Positions 1-13,711 are shown, numbered from the stretch's first letter. The stretch is 64,000 bases of DNA from Raja brachyura (GCA_963514005.1 OY740791.1:39866001-39930000), one strand, 5' to 3'. Numbers and translations are program-made. The notes: generated from the sequence alone by a model not told the origin.

Positions 1-169
1 AGGTAGAGAGTTAGATGAGATTGGAAATGCCTTTATTTCAGAAAAAAAACCCAGTTAATTTGAAATTGTGAATTTGGGAAGATAGATTGGAACAATTGGG
101 AATAATGTTTTAATTGTTTTTTCCTCCTAATATGATCGATTTTTAAAGAGTCTGCCTTGTAAGTAGTTA

Positions 170-730
170 AAGAGTGATCTCACATCCCCCACCATCCGTA
201 GAGTTCTGGATTAGTGGAGGGAATGAATAGGACACTAAAGAGTTTAAGTAAAGCCATGACCAAGACTGTGCAGGAATGGGTTAAGGTATTCCCAGCCATT
301 CTGATGGTTCAGAATTACCCCACCTAAAGAGATTGGGTTAACGCCTTTTGAACTGATAGCAGGACAAGCAATGAACCTACCAGAAGATGGCCCACTTTAA
401 AATGAGGGTGACCCCACGCTACATACCCCCTGGGGTGCGACTAGAATGTGGAATTTAGTTTTGACCTACAGGCCCTCAGTGATTAATTAATTACATACGC
501 ACAGCAATTAACCCAAACCTTGTCAGAGCGAGACAGGCATTGGAAGCGCAGAAGCCATTACCAGTTGAACACAGGGACAACCCATTCTACCGGGAGACTG
601 CGTACTGATAGGGTACTGGGATCGGACGAAATTGGGACTGCATTGGAAGGGACTGTACCAGATGCTGCTACGACAACAACCGCCATGAAGATTGAAGATC
701 ACCCCCGTTGGATACATCTGATTGACTGTA
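170..730 (+). pseudogene. Degenerate endogenous retrovirus integrase, core and C-terminal part
   Basis: Hand translation across stops and frameshifts gives HIPHHP*SSGLVEGMNRTLK, GLTPFELIAG, LHWKGLYQMLL and TTTAMKIEDHPRWIHLIDCK, matching the retroviral IN core end and GPY-type tail. Confidence 0.75.
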
Positions 731-1291
731 AATGGATCGGAGAAACAAGAAAGGACAATGGGGCTATTGACCCTCCTTTTTATCCTGGGGTTGGCCCAGA
801 TGGGCTGGACTTGGGGAACAACTCCTGCACCAAGACATCCTCAATGAGGCTGACAACTGTCCTTACATTTATAACACTGACCAGAGGAACACTGACCAAG
901 ATAGATCCATTTCCACAGTTTCTTGAAACACTTCGGCAACTCAGTTACAGAACTGGATTGAGGTAAATCCCAGCCGGGATCAAAGTGAGGGGCTGAGTTG
1001 GGATGGATCAGGCAGGCAGTTGGCATTGATGGAGGAGAAGAATGCTGCTTTCACACGCTGATGGACAACTTGGGAGCAAAGAACGTCTTTATAGATCAGA
1101 AGGAAGTGCAAAGCATTTGGTCACAACTTTGGAAAGACGAACCACATTTTATCAACAATGTTTAACAAAGCTTCGGATTTGAACTTTCTAAGTCAGAAAC
1201 TAGCAGAAAAGCTGAAGATTAAAGAGCGAGAACAGGAAGAGCTCTCCCTGAGCAACAGCAGGTTGGAGAAAGAGCTGGAAGAGCTGCTCGG

Positions 1292-2415
1292 TGAAATTTT
1301 TGCAAAGTAATTAAAAATAAATAACTGAAATATCACATTTACATAAGTATTCAGACCCGTTACTCAGTACAGGTTGAGGCACCTTTGGCAGTGATTACAG
1401 CATCATGTCGTGGGATGCTACAAGCTTGGCACACCTGTATTTGGGTAATTTCTCCCATTCTTCTCTGCAGATCCTCTCAAGCTCTGTCAGGTTGGACGGG
1501 GAGCGTCGATGCAGAGCAGCTTCAGGTCCCTCCAGAGATGTTTGATCAGGTTCAAGTCCATGCTCACACTGGGCCACTCAAGGACATTCACAGACTTGTC
1601 ACAAAGCCACTCCTGCGTTGTCTTGGCTCCATCTTTTCCTCGATCCTGACTAGTGTCCCAGTTCCTGCCACTGTAAAACATCCCCACAGCATGATGCTGC
1701 CACCACCTTGCTTCACCATAGCTATGGTATTGGCCAGGTGATGAGCGGTGCCTGGATTCCTCCAGACGTGACGCTTGGCATTCAAGCCAAAAAGTTTAAT
1801 CTTGGTTTCATCAGAGCAGAGAATCTTGTTTCTCGTGCCTTTTGCAAACTCCAAGCGGGCTGTCATGTGCCTTTTACTGAGGAGTGGCTTCCGTCTGGCC
1901 ACTCTACCATCAAGGCCTGATTGGTGGAGTGCTGCAGATATAGTTGTCCTTCTGGAAGGTTCTCCCATCTCCACAGAAGAACTCTGGAGCTCTGTCAGAG
2001 TGACCTGGTTACTGTCACCTCCCTGACCAAGGCCCTTCTCCCCCCGATTGTTCAGTTTGGCCGGGCGGCCAGCTCTATGAAGAGCCCTGGTGGTTCCAAC
2101 GTTCTTCCATTTAAGAATGACGGAGGCCACAGTGCTCTTCGGGACCTGCAATACTGCAGAAATTGTTTTATACTACCTTCCCCAGATCTGTGTCTCGACA
2201 CAATCCTGTCTCGGAGGTCTACGGACAATTCCTTCGTCTTCATGGCTTTTCTTTGCTCTGACATGCACTATCAACTGTGGGACCTTATATAGCCAGGTGT
2301 GTGCTTTTCCAAATCATATCCAATTCATTTAATTTACCACTGGTGGACTCCAATCAAGTTGTAGATACATCTCAAGGATAATCAATGGAAACAGGATGAA
2401 CCAAAGCTCAATTTT
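1292..2415 (-). mobile_element. Tc1/mariner transposon, left part, degenerate transposase
   Basis: ORFs 2052-2264 (MKTKELSVDLRDRIV) and 1588-2151 (VARRKPLL, ILCSDETKI, GGGSIMLWGCF); ORF 1487-1687 has LEWPSVSMDLNLIKHLW; inner repeat aagtattcagaccc near 1345. Confidence 0.92.
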
Positions 2416-4882
2416 AAGTACGCCATTAAACTAATACATCCAGATCAAACGGGGTTTATCCCTAAGAGACATTCATTTAATAATTTGAGACATCTGCTTA
2501 ACATAATGCACTCACACCAAACTAAAGATCCAAATCTCGCAAATATTTCGCTGGATGCAGAGAAAGCATTCGATCAGGTTGATTGGAAGTATATGGTTAA
2601 GGTATTGCAAAAATTTCAACTGGGAGAGAATTTCATTCAATGGATTAAATTAATACATAATAAGCCAACGGCCAGAATATTAACTAATAATATATTATCC
2701 ACGAAATTTCAACTGTCAAGGGGTAATAGACAAGGTTGTTCATTATCACCATTGTTATTTGCCCTCATAATTGAACCACTAGCGGAAATAATTAGAACTC
2801 ATATGATATCCATGGATATAAGACAAAATATTCAAACAATACAATATCATTATACGCTGACGATGTACTTTTGTACATCACAAACCCTTATATCACTATA
2901 CCCAACATTTTAAATTTAATTGAGGATTTCGGTTCATTTTCAGGTTATAGAATAAACTGGAATAAAAGTGAAATCCTGTCAATAAAACCAAAAGATTCTA
3001 CACATCTCGTACAATTTCCTTTTAAAATAGCTGTGGAAAAATTTAAATACTTGGGTATTGAAATTACTAGAAGATATCAAGACGTGTTTCAAGCAAACTA
3101 TAACCCTGTACTTAAGAAACTACATAATTTAATTAAATTCTGGAAAACGCTTCCGATGTCCTTAATAGGTCGAATAAACACCATAAAAATTATTTTTCTA
3201 CCACAAATTCTATACTTGTTCCAATCAATCCCACTATATCTACCCAAAAAGTAAAAAAAAAAAAATTGGACTCAGATATTACAAATTTTGTTTGGGATTA
3301 TAAGACCCATAGAATACAAAGACCACACCTGATTAAACCCAAGGTAGTAGGGGGATTAGCACTCCTTAATTTTATGTATTATTATTGGTCGGTAAATATT
3401 AGAAATATGATTCAATTGATGGATAATTCTCTTCATCAACCGGAATGGGTCATTATGAAGAAAGAGTATTGCTCTCCCTTTAATATTGGTGTGATCCTTC
3501 TTTCACCAATGACGGTGAATAATACAAACTACAACAAAAACACAATTATACATAGTACAATCAGAATTTGGAAACAAATAAAATACAATTTAAAATTAAG
3601 AAACTTATCTCTCCTGTCTCCTATTGCTAAAAACCCTCTGTTTAAGCCCTCAATTATAGACAAAGCAGTTATATAATGCAAAAGAGCAGGAATTAAAACG
3701 TTGGGAGATTTGTATGATACAGGAAAATGATTATCATTTAAACAATTACAACTAAAATACAATCTGGGTAACAATCAGTATTTTAAATATTTCCAAATAT
3801 GTGATTATTTGAAAAAACATGCACATGAATTTCACAAAATGCCATTAGACTTACTAGATGAAGTAATGAATACAAAGGCGGAATCAGCAAATTTAATTTC
3901 ACATATATATAATATTATACTAAATGCAACAACTGAAGGTATTAGAGGTGAGTGGGAAAACAAACTAAGCATAACAATTTCCAATGAAAGGTGTAAAGAA
4001 TACTTATTAAATGTGCACGTGCTCAATTAACGTAAGACACACTTTAATACAATTTAAAATTATACACAGATTATATTACTCAAAAACTAAATTAAATAAA
4101 TGTTTCCCTAACGTTTCACCAATTTGTGATAAATGCCAGTGTCAAGAAGCTACTATAGTGCACTCATTCATCTTTTGTACAAAAATTCAAAGGTTTTGGA
4201 TTGAAATCGTTGAAATTTTCACAAAACTGTTTAAAATAAAAATGACACCAAAGCCAGAATGGATTATTTTCGGAATGACAGAAGGTAGTTCGGAATTAAA
4301 TGTGTATCAAAAGAATTTATTTGATTACAGCTTAATAATAGGAAAAAAAATAATCTTAAAATTCTGGAAAAATGTTCCTATACCAACATTAAATATGTGG
4401 ATTTCAACTATGTTTGAAACACTACATCTGGAAGATATGAGACTCCGCCTGGAAGGAAAATCAGAACGCTTCTATCAGATGTGGACTACATTTATAGAAT
4501 TACTACAAAGATAGGGTGCAGGAGTACCTCGGCCTTGGTAGGGGGGGATGAAAAACTATCGAGTTGGTGGATTCCTTTTGCGTGATATATATAACATAGT
4601 AACTGTTTTTTTGTTTTTTTTTTCCTTTTTCCTTTTCTTTTTTTAGGGTCTATCTCTTAACCCCCTTTCTCTAATTCTTTGACCAAGGGTTTCTTCTCGC
4701 CTTTGGCACGCTCTTTCACTATCACAACTCTTTTCACCTATTTCACTCTCTTTCTTTCTATTCTTTTTCTTTAAAAGCCATAAAATTATGGGGTACAATG
4801 ATTGTAACAATATATATGTGAAGTACATTGATGTATTTACCTCTAATAAATAAAATAAATAAAAAAAATTTAAAAATAAAAA
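2416..4882 (+). mobile_element. 5'-truncated L1-clade LINE (ORF2 RT and zinc knuckle, frameshifted) inserted in the Tc1
   Basis: KLIHPDQTGF, SLDAEKAFD, RQGCSLSPLLF, SGYRINWNKS and SPICDKC...HSFIFC in ORFs spanning 2485-4514; T-rich 3'UTR and A-rich tail at about 4845-4882. Confidence 0.93.
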
Positions 4883-5181
4883 TTACCACTGGTGCACTCC
4901 GATCAAGTTGTAGAAACATCTCAATGGAAACAGGATGAACCAAAGCTCAATTTTGAGTGTCATAGCAAAGGGTCTGAATACTAATGTAAATATGATATTT
5001 CAGTTATTTCTTTTTAATTCCTTTGCAAACATTTCTAAACACCTGTTTTTGCTTCGTCATTCTGGCGTACTGTGTGTAGATTGATGATGAAAAAAAAGAA
5101 TTTAATCCATTTTTAAATAAGCCTGTAACACAACAAAATCTGGAAAAAGTGAAGGGGTCTGAATACATTCTGAATGCACTG
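4883..5181 (-). mobile_element. Tc1/mariner transposon, right part with terminal inverted repeat
   Basis: Resumes the Tc1 sequence and ends ...gggtctgaatacattctgaatgcactg followed by TA. Confidence 0.88.
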
Positions 5182-5767
5182 TATATTCTCTTCACAAGTT
5201 GCTCCATGTGTCTAAGCCCACTTTACCTATAAATTAAAAATAATAACCATGACATTTTGATTCCCACAACTATCTTTATCAATTGTCCTTCTCACCTAAT
5301 ATCAGCATGTTTGTTCTGTAAACATTAGCACAAAAAAGATGCTTTGATTGAGAAAAGTTTGAGTTCATCAGTACACTAAAAATACGAGTAGTTAATGAGT
5401 ACTACTATACATTCTCTTATATTTACACTTGCAAATGTCTGCTGAAGCCAGCCTCAGTTACATTGATCCATCATATTAGTTACACAATGACCTGCTATTT
5501 TGGGTACACTGTCACATAGCAGAAATCCAGAAGAAAAGTTCATACAAACAAAAGTTTCCACAAACAATACATGGAGTCTCTCTTGCAATCATGCTGTTCT
5601 TGTTCACAAAAGTGAAGTTTGAGCCTGTGTAATACAAAGATGGCTGATCACTGGTGAATGGACCTTCGATGTTCTGCTTGAACTAGACAGGCTGCTGTGC
5701 ATGGTGTGATGATGAGAAAGCATAGAACTATTACAGAATGAATGAAACACTTCTACGATGAAAAATG

Positions 5768-5787
5768 TTAATTTTCTACTTGCTTAC
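5768..5787 (-). CDS. Probable last coding exon of the TIM-family gene (C-K-Q-V-E-N-stop)
   Basis: Acceptor ttatgtttctgattcatag|GT AAG CAA GTA GAA AAT TAA; phase 1 matches the TM exon donor. Too short to confirm from sequence alone. Confidence 0.45.
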
Positions 5788-6658
5788 CTATGAATCAGAA
5801 ACATAAATCTTAATGATCTTCGATCAATTCGAAATATTAATGATCTTTCAAGCATGTTTCGCAAAATTTATATATTAACCTGAAGCACAAAATGTTCCCA
5901 ATATTGATTTGGATTTTTCAGTAACAGAAACATCTTCATAAATTCAGTATTAATACCATAAAATTCTGAACTGCTATCAGACTTTCCATGTGGAAGTAAT
6001 TCCTGTATTCTATCCTGAAAGATCCAGTTTCAGTTTTAGCAATGCCATTTAATCCTATTCTCCCAATTCATTAGAAAATATTTCTTTCAATATCCGTCAA
6101 TTTACTTTAACACCTTGAAGACATTCGTGCAGGGTTTTACAATTGCTAAGATTACATAAACTTTCACCTAGAAATAGTTTCTTCCCACATTTAATCCAAT
6201 ATCATATCCTTCTCCCCAATATATCTTGCCTCGTCAACTTGCCAACCTCTATTACATATCTGTTCTCCATGTCTTTAAAATCATTTCTGCACCCCGTCCA
6301 TGATCTCTCCTCATTGTAAACCTGAATCATTCTCGAGCTCTGCCTCCTAGCATTAGTCTCCCATTCTTTTAATTCTCCTAATGTGCTGTCATTCCCCATC
6401 TCCACGATCAAAGGCTGGGGCCTTGGCCAATATAGATGGATGCTTTGAAATCCCCATCAATTTGGTTACATCTTTCCTATTTCTTCAAATGTGTAATTTT
6501 AATTCTTAAAATGTATTTTCTAATTAACCTAGCATTCATTCCCCTCCCCTGCCTTAACTCACATCCATGGTCACATGTTCCAAGTTAACAATAACTTGCA
6601 CAAATATCTCAACAAAGTGTTTTGAGTAAAAGGCAGGTTCCTAGACAGTGATACTTAC

Positions 6659-6767
6659 ATTTCCATTGACAAAGGAGCAGAGTGATTGAAAGAAAGCAGA
6701 TGAAAACTGAGACACGGGCTGCCCAGGCAAAATATGAAATCAGGATGTTTACCAACTCATCGGGAAC
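6659..6767 (-). CDS. Transmembrane exon of the TIM-family gene (VPDELVNILISYFAWAARVSVFICFLSITLLLCQWK)
   Basis: Acceptor tatctatttcag|GTT and donor AAA T|gtaagt; 109 bp; hydrophobic stretch followed by WK; phase 0 entry matches the phase 0 exit of exon 15459-15520. Confidence 0.75.
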
Positions 6768-6849
6768 CTGAAATAGATACACAATATCAGAGAACAAGCT
6801 TTTCTTCACTATTTTAAATCTAAAATGCAAGAACTGCAACCATTGACCA

Positions 6850-7145
6850 TTATAAGGTCAAAAGGTCATCAGGCCATTCGGTCTTATGCTCCACCGATAC
6901 TCCACCAATCAATCATGATTGAATCACAGGTCACCCTCCGAACCCTATTCTCCTGCCTACTCCCCATAACTTCTGACACCTGTACTAATCAAGAATGTTT
7001 CTATTTCTACCTTAAAAATATCCGCTGACTTGACTTCCCCAGCCTTCTGTGGCAAGGAATTCCACAGATTCACCACCCTATGACAAAATAAATGACTCCT
7101 CATCTCCTTCCCAAAAGAACGTCCTTTAATTCTGTGGCTAGGACA
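6850..7145 (-). mobile_element. CR1 LINE 3' fragment
   Basis: RVVNLWNSLPQKA motif in ORF 6957-7211 plus CR1-type 3'UTR. Confidence 0.75.
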
Positions 7146-7148
7146 TCT

Positions 7149-8270
7149 AAACATAGAAACATAGAAATTAGGTGGAGTAGGCCATTCGGCCCTTCGAGCC
7201 TGCTCCGACATTCAATATGATCATGGCTAATCATCCAACTCAGTATCCCGTACCTGCCTTCTCTCCATACCTTCTGATCCCGTTAGCCACAAGGGCCACA
7301 TCTAACTCCTTCTTAAATATAGCCAATGAACTGGCCTCAACTACCCATTGTGGCAGAGAGTTCCAGAGACTCACCACTCTCTGTGTGAAAAAAGTATTTC
7401 TCATCTCAGTCTTAAAGGATTTCCCCCATATCCTTAAGCTGTGACCCCTTGTCCTGGACTTCTCCAACATTGGGAACAATCTTCCTGCATCTAGCCTGTC
7501 CAACCCCTTAAGAATTTTATAAGTTTCTGTAAGATCCCCTCTCAATCTCCTAAATTCTAGACAGTATAAACTGAGTCTATCCAGTCTTTCTTCATAAGAC
7601 AGTCCTGACATGCCAGGAATCAGTCTGGTGAACCTTCTCTGCACTCCCTCTATGGCAATAATGTCCTTCCTCAATTTTGGAGACACAAACTGTACGCAAT
7701 ATTCCAGGTGTGGTCTCACCAAGACCCTGTACAACTGAAGTAGAACCTCCCTGCTCCTATACTCAAATCCTTTTGTTATGAATGCTAACATACCATTCGC
7801 TTTCTTCACTGCCTGCTGCACCTGCATGTCTACTTTCAATGACTGGTGTACCATGACACCCAGGTCTCGCTGCATCTCCCCTTTTCCTAATTGGCCACCA
7901 TTTAGATAATAGTCTGCTTTCCTGTTTTTGCCACCAAAGTGGATAACCTCACATTTATCCACATTATACTGCATCTGCCAAACATTTGCCCACTCACCCA
8001 GCCTATCCAAGTCACCTTGCAGTCTCCTAGCATCCTCCTCACAGCTAACACTGCCCCACAGCTCAGTATCATCCGCAAACTTGGAGATATTGCCTTCAGT
8101 TCCCTCATCCAGATCATTAATATATATTGTAAATAGCTGGGGTCCCAGCACTGAGCCTTGCGGTACCCCACTAGTCACTGCCTGTCATTGTGAAAAGGAC
8201 CCGTTTACTCCTACTCTTTGCTTCCTGTTTGCCAGCCAGTTCACTATCCACATCAATACTGAACCCCCAA
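7149..8270 (-). mobile_element. 5'-truncated CR1 LINE with RT C-terminal ORF
   Basis: ORF 7240-8178: SGVPQGSVLGP, KFADDT, RPHLEYC, LWNSLP; (aaacatag)n tail at about 7149-7167. Confidence 0.95.
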
Positions 8271-8274
8271 TGCC

Positions 8275-8630
8275 TAGACTCTCCCACTCGTGGAAACATC
8301 CTCTCCACATCCACTCTCTTGAAGCCTTTCACTATTCTCTAAGTTTCAATGAGGTCGCCCCTCATTCTTCTGCACTCCAGCGAGTACAGGCCCAGTGCCG
8401 ACAAACACTTATCATAGATTAACCTACTCATTCCCTGGAGCATTCTCGTAAACCTCCTCTGGACCCTCTCCAGAGCCAACACATCCTTCCACAGATACAG
8501 TGCCTAACATTGCTCACGATATTGCAAATGTGGCCGTGCCAATAGAGCCTCATAATTACATTCCTGTTTTTGTATACACGACCTCTTGAAATAAAAGCTA
8601 GCATTGAGTTTGCTTTCTTTACTACCAATT
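8275..8630 (-). mobile_element. Decayed CR1 fragment
   Basis: VKKANSMLAFISRG in ORF 8428-8628. Confidence 0.75.
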
Positions 8631-9034
8631 ATTGTAAGTAAAGTGCAATTGGAACCAAACAAACAGATAACAGAAGAACATAACACTAAGAGCAAGAAGT
8701 CCCTCAAGTAATCTCTGGTGTTCAATAAGACCATGTCTGACTGAGCTGTGGCCACAACTCTTTCCTCCCCGTGTGATGCTCAATGGCCAATCAATCGATA
8801 ACCCTTATTATCCAATTGCCAGCATTTGGCTTGGAATGATAAAACTGCCAGGCCACATATTTGGAAAATAAAATAGTTAACCTTTCAGGTCAATTGAATG
8901 ATAGATCATCCACCTGAAACATAAACTCTGTTTCTCCCTTCACAAATTCTGTATAACCTGGTCAGTATTTTTGGCCTTTTGTTATTAACTTTCAGATGAT
9001 CAGAAACACAGTAAATGTCCTCATGTACTCCATA

Positions 9035-10618
9035 ATGTACCCCTCCATAATGTCTGTGACAAAGACCCATCATTTATTTATTTGCCTCTGTACTCCACAA
9101 TTTGAGATTTGTAATATAAAAAATCACTTGTGGTTAAAGTGCACATAGTTAGATTTTAATAAAGGCAATTTTTATATATTTTGGTTTCACCATGTAGAAA
9201 TTACAGCTGTGTTTAGACAGTCCCCCCATTTCAGGGCACCATAATGTTTGGGACACAGCAATGTCATGTAAATGAAAGTAGTCATGTTTAATATTTTGTT
9301 GCATATCCTTTGCATGCAATGACTGCTTGAAGTCTGCAATTCATGGACATCACCAGTTGCTGGGTGTCTTCTCTGGTGATGCTCTGCCAGGCCTGTATTG
9401 CAGCCATCTTTAGCTTATGCTTGTTTCGTAAAAGGCATGCTCAATTGGGTTCAAGTCAGATGATTGACTTGGCCACTCAAGAATTGATTATTATTTTGCT
9501 TTGAAATACTCCTTTGTTGCTTTAGCAGTAAGTTTGGGATCATTGTCTTGCTGTAGAATGAACCGTCGGCCAATGCATTTTGGGGCATTTGTTTGAACTT
9601 GAGCAGATAGGATGCGTCTATACACTTCAGAATTCATAATGCTACTACCATCAGCAGTTGTATCATAAGTGAGCCAGTACCTTCAACAGCCACACATGCC
9701 CAGGCCATAACACCCCCACTACCGTGTTTCGCAGAAGAGGTGGTATGCATTGGATTTTGGGCAGTTCCTTCTCCCCTTCATACTTTGCTCTTGCCATCAC
9801 TCTGATATAAGTTAATCTTTGTCTCATCTGTCCACAAGACCTTTTCCATAACTGTAGTTGCTCTTTTAAGTACTTCTTGGTACACTGTAACCTGGTCATC
9901 CTATTTATGCAGCTAACCAGTGGTTTGCATCTTGCAATATAGCAATATGTATTTCTGCTCATGAAGTCTTCTGCGGACAGTGGACATTGACAAATCCACA
10001 CCTGATTCCTGAAAAGTGTTTCTGATCTGTCAGACGGTGTTTGTAGTTTTCCTTCATTATAGAGATAATTCTTCTGTCATCAGCTGTGGCCGGCCAGTTC
10101 CTTTGTGATTAGTAAGCTCACCAGTGCTCTTTCTTTTTAATGATGTTCCAAACAGTTGATTTTGGTAAGCCTAAGTTTTGCTGATGTCTCCAACAGCTTT
10201 ATTCTTGTTTCTCACTCATAATGGCTTCTTTAAATTTCATTGGCACAACTTTGGCCCTCATGTTGATAAACAGCAATAAAAGTTTCCAAAGGTGATGGAA
10301 AGACTGGAGGAAAGATAAGGTGTTGAGAGCTCTCTTATACCTGCATTAAGGAGGCAATTAAACGCACCTGAGCAATTACAGATTCCTGCGAAGCCATATG
10401 TCCCAAACATTATGGTGCCCTGAAATGGGGGGAATATGTATAAACACAGCTGTAATTTCTACAAGGTGAAATCAAAATATAAAAAAATACAATTTAATAA
10501 AATCTGACATTATGCACTTTAACTACATGTTTTTTTTAATTACAAATCTCAAATTGTGGAGTACAGAGGCAAATAAATAAATGATGGGGCTTTGTCCCAA
10601 ACATTATGGAGGGCACTG
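9035..10618 (-). mobile_element. Second Tc1/mariner transposon, degenerate, with long TIRs
   Basis: Inverted repeats of about 220 bp (ccctccataatgt...gacaaagacccatcatttatt at left, ...cattatggagggcactg-TA at right); ARCKPLVS transposase remnant in ORF 9663-10001. Confidence 0.9.
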
Positions 10619-11199
10619 TAAATGCAAAAAAAAGAATGTCCCTATTTATTTATTTATGTACGTTTTCTCTTTATCTAAATAGGTAACATGCTTGTCAGTT
10701 TCTCAAACCCTTGCTGTGCTAAATTTAACATCTAATATTCAGTCCAATGGCCTCTGATTATCACTCAGTTTGTATCACCTTCATCCTATACCACAACCGT
10801 CTACTTTTAATGTTTGAATGAAATCAGCTCCAAATTTACATTTTTCTCTGTCTTGTACTTGCTCATTTAAAACAGCAAGATCCAACAGATCTGATAAGGT
10901 CCTCTGTGTGAATTTTGTCAGAGAAAGATAATGATATTCCTCCTCTAAAAAAAGAAGTGCCCATTTCTCTATATGAATGATCACAATCCAAATAAAATCT
11001 AATTCTCAGTTGTTTCACAACAGAGCTGTAGATTCCTTTGATTACATTTATTATTTGTTGTTCTTCTTCTTCTAAAGAAGATTATACGTTAATGATGGAG
11101 ATACATTCTCTTGTGTAAATTAAAATAATTTTAAGGGGGGGGGGGGGGGGGGGTTCAAAATGCTGACAATACCAGGAATCCCAAAATGTCTCCTGCTTT

Positions 11200-11560
11200 T
11201 AGAAACATAGAAACATAGAAAATAGGTGCAGGAGTAGGCCATTCGGTCCTTCGAGCCTGCACCCCCATTCGATATGATCATGGCTGATCATCCAACTCAG
11301 TATCCCTTACCTGCCTTCTCTCCATACCCCCTGATCCCTTTAGCCACAAGGGCCACATAACTCCCTCTTAAATATAACTACCTTCTGTGGCAGAGAATTC
11401 CAGAGATTCACCACTCTCTGTGCGAAAAATGTTTTTCTCATCTCGGTCCTAAAAGATTTCCCCCTTATCCTTAAACTGTGACCCCTTGTCCTGGACTTCC
11501 CAAACATCGGGAACAATCTTCCTGCATCTAGCCTGTTCAACCTCTTAAGAATTTTGTACG
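11200..11560 (-). mobile_element. CR1 LINE 3' fragment
   Basis: SRTRGHSLRI...RVVNLWNSLP and (aaacatag)n tail. Confidence 0.88.
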
Positions 11561-11816
11561 TTTTGGATGTGCAGATGGTTCTGCTATCACAAATGTGTCT
11601 GTTACTCAAATTGAATATTGCATGAGTGATGAATTAGGGAACAATAATTGCATTATGTGCCTAATTGGTTAGAACCTAATTTTGATGGGGAACCAGAGAA
11701 CTACTTAGAAATTACTTTGGAACTCGACAAGCAGAAGAAAAGATGCCTTGCATTTAAACAGTATTGGGGAAAAACATCTGTTTTCATGTAATCTTCCAGC
11801 AGTACTTAGACAACAT

Positions 11817-12111
11817 ACTTGCTGGGCCCGTCAGCCGTGCCTGCGCAGTTGGGGGAGGGTTGCCGGGTGTACTTCACTGGCGCCACAACGGGGTTTTGTT
11901 CGATTTAACAAAGTAATTTCCTTTATAAACTTTAATTTACCATTTGCTGGGCCCGTCAGCCGCGTCACAATTGAAAATGGAGCCGGGCTCGCCAACCCTC
12001 CCCTAACTGCGCAGGCGCGGCTGACGGGATGAGATCGCCATTTTCAGATCGCCTCGAGGATCTCCGAAACTGGCATCACAACGAGGACCCAACGGGTCCA
12101 CGGGTCGTATA
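11817..12111 (+). mobile_element. Non-autonomous Helitron 3' fragment
   Basis: Hairpin ggacccaacgggtcc about 10 nt before a degenerate ATAG|T end, resembling the Helitron ends at 47283 and 49541; internal inverted repeat at about 11825-11865 and 11990-12028. Confidence 0.5.
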
Positions 12112-12357
12112 GTTACCTCCAAAGAACACAGCTGACACTTTAACTGCAGCCGGACACTGAAATTGACAAGCAATCACTCCTATGGACATGTGTAACAATA
12201 CTCATTATGTGTGATCAGAACAGTATAGGTTTTAATAATGTTTGAATGGGGATAAGTCTGGATCTTGCAGGAAGGTACTAAATTGGAGCAAGGCAAATTA
12301 CAACATTATTAGGCAATTGTTCAGAAAGATACATGGGAAGCAGTCATTAGTGGGTAA

Positions 12358-13711
12358 AGGGCCTGTCCCACTTAAAAGACCTCCATCTGTTGGATCTTTT
12401 GCTGATTTAAATGAGACCAAGATTAAGGTCGCGGTCACCTACGACCTCCTACGACCTTCCTCGACTATGTGTACGACCTCCTACGACCTTCCAAGATTAT
12501 GTTGAAGACTTGCTACGACTATGTTGAAGACCTCTCTCGACTATGAAGAAGACCTCCTTCGACCATGTACGTTGGTCTCTGGCAAATCATTGTAAACAAT
12601 GCAAGCAAGGAAGGAACTAGTTTGGAGGGAGTTAGTAAAAATACAACTACTGCTGTTTGCAGTAACCCTTTTGTTTCAACAGCCTTTTAAGAAAGGCAGA
12701 AGGGGAAGAGCAAGGGTGAAGAGGAAGCACAAGAAGAGGTCTCAATGGGTGAATAGAGGTGACGTAATGGACTGTCCCAGTACACCAGATGACTGGATGA
12801 GAGTGGCGCTGGGCTTTGACAAAACTGTAAGCACACATGTGGCACAGTGGATGGCAAACATGCCATTCTTGACCCTGTCCCTGTAACCCTCATTTTCCAT
12901 TTCATACAGGATGGCATTCTGCTGGAACCATTCCTCAACTACCCCCTCCTGTTGCCTGGTGAAGGTGTAGGGCACAACCTTCCTCCAGCCCTCACTCACC
13001 ACAAATGGGGCATCTGCCTCTGATGCTGTGTCAGACACAGGAGAAAGGGCTGCTTTGCTGCCTTCAAATGAGGCAGTGAAGAATGGGGTGGTGGTGGGGA
13101 CATATACTACCACCCTGGTCTCCTCCTCCATGGGTCTCTCATGCAGGGCTACCTCCCCCTGCACTATCATTTCCTGTGGCATCACCTCCTGCCACTCCTC
13201 CTCCTGGGTGGGCAATATCTGCATGGCTGTTTTTTTTTAAGGTTGTGCCCTCCCCTAGCGCTGCTGCCTTTTTGGTGCCATCTCTTAAAACACAAGTCTC
13301 CTCTCCAAAAAACTCTCCAGCTATGAATGAACATGCCTTGGAGTGAAAGGGGTGACGTTCTGCTGTTTAAATTACCTTTGTTTTCTACTGACCTTTTTTT
13401 TCACCCCGGAGCTATTACCTTCGACCACCTACGACGAGCATCACGACCTACTACGACCTACCTATGACCTACCTACGAGTAAAAAGTATTGTTTTTTTCC
13501 ATGGCGACCTTTTTTACTCGTGGACATTTTTTATCAGGCTGGGAAAAAATATGCGACCTACTTGAGGCCACTAGTACACGGAGACCACTTACGAGCATGA
13601 GGAAGAGTTACGAAGACCTCCTAAGACCTCGTGGCGGCCATGCTGCGAGAATGAGTCAAGGACAATCTCGGCAGAGGTCGCCAATTAGGTTGTGAAAGTG
13701 GGACAGGGGCT
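12358..13711. mobile_element. PIF/Harbinger deletion derivative with remnants of both genes
   Basis: TIRs agggcctgtcccactt / aagtgggacaggggct with TAA/TTA-like flanks; + strand transposase remnant (CPSTPDDWMRVALGF, then CGTVDGKHA in another frame); - strand Myb/MADF-like remnant (EEWFQQNAILYEMENEGYRDRVK). Confidence 0.8.

Noticed and set aside
8504-8755. Hydrophobic ORF as a TM exon
   Set aside because: No convincing splice sites, and it runs into a CR1 fragment.
10781-10944. Possible exon EEEYHYLSLTK... after a T-rich acceptor
   Set aside because: It is upstream of the TM exon, phase-incompatible with the stalk donor, and has no recognisable homology.
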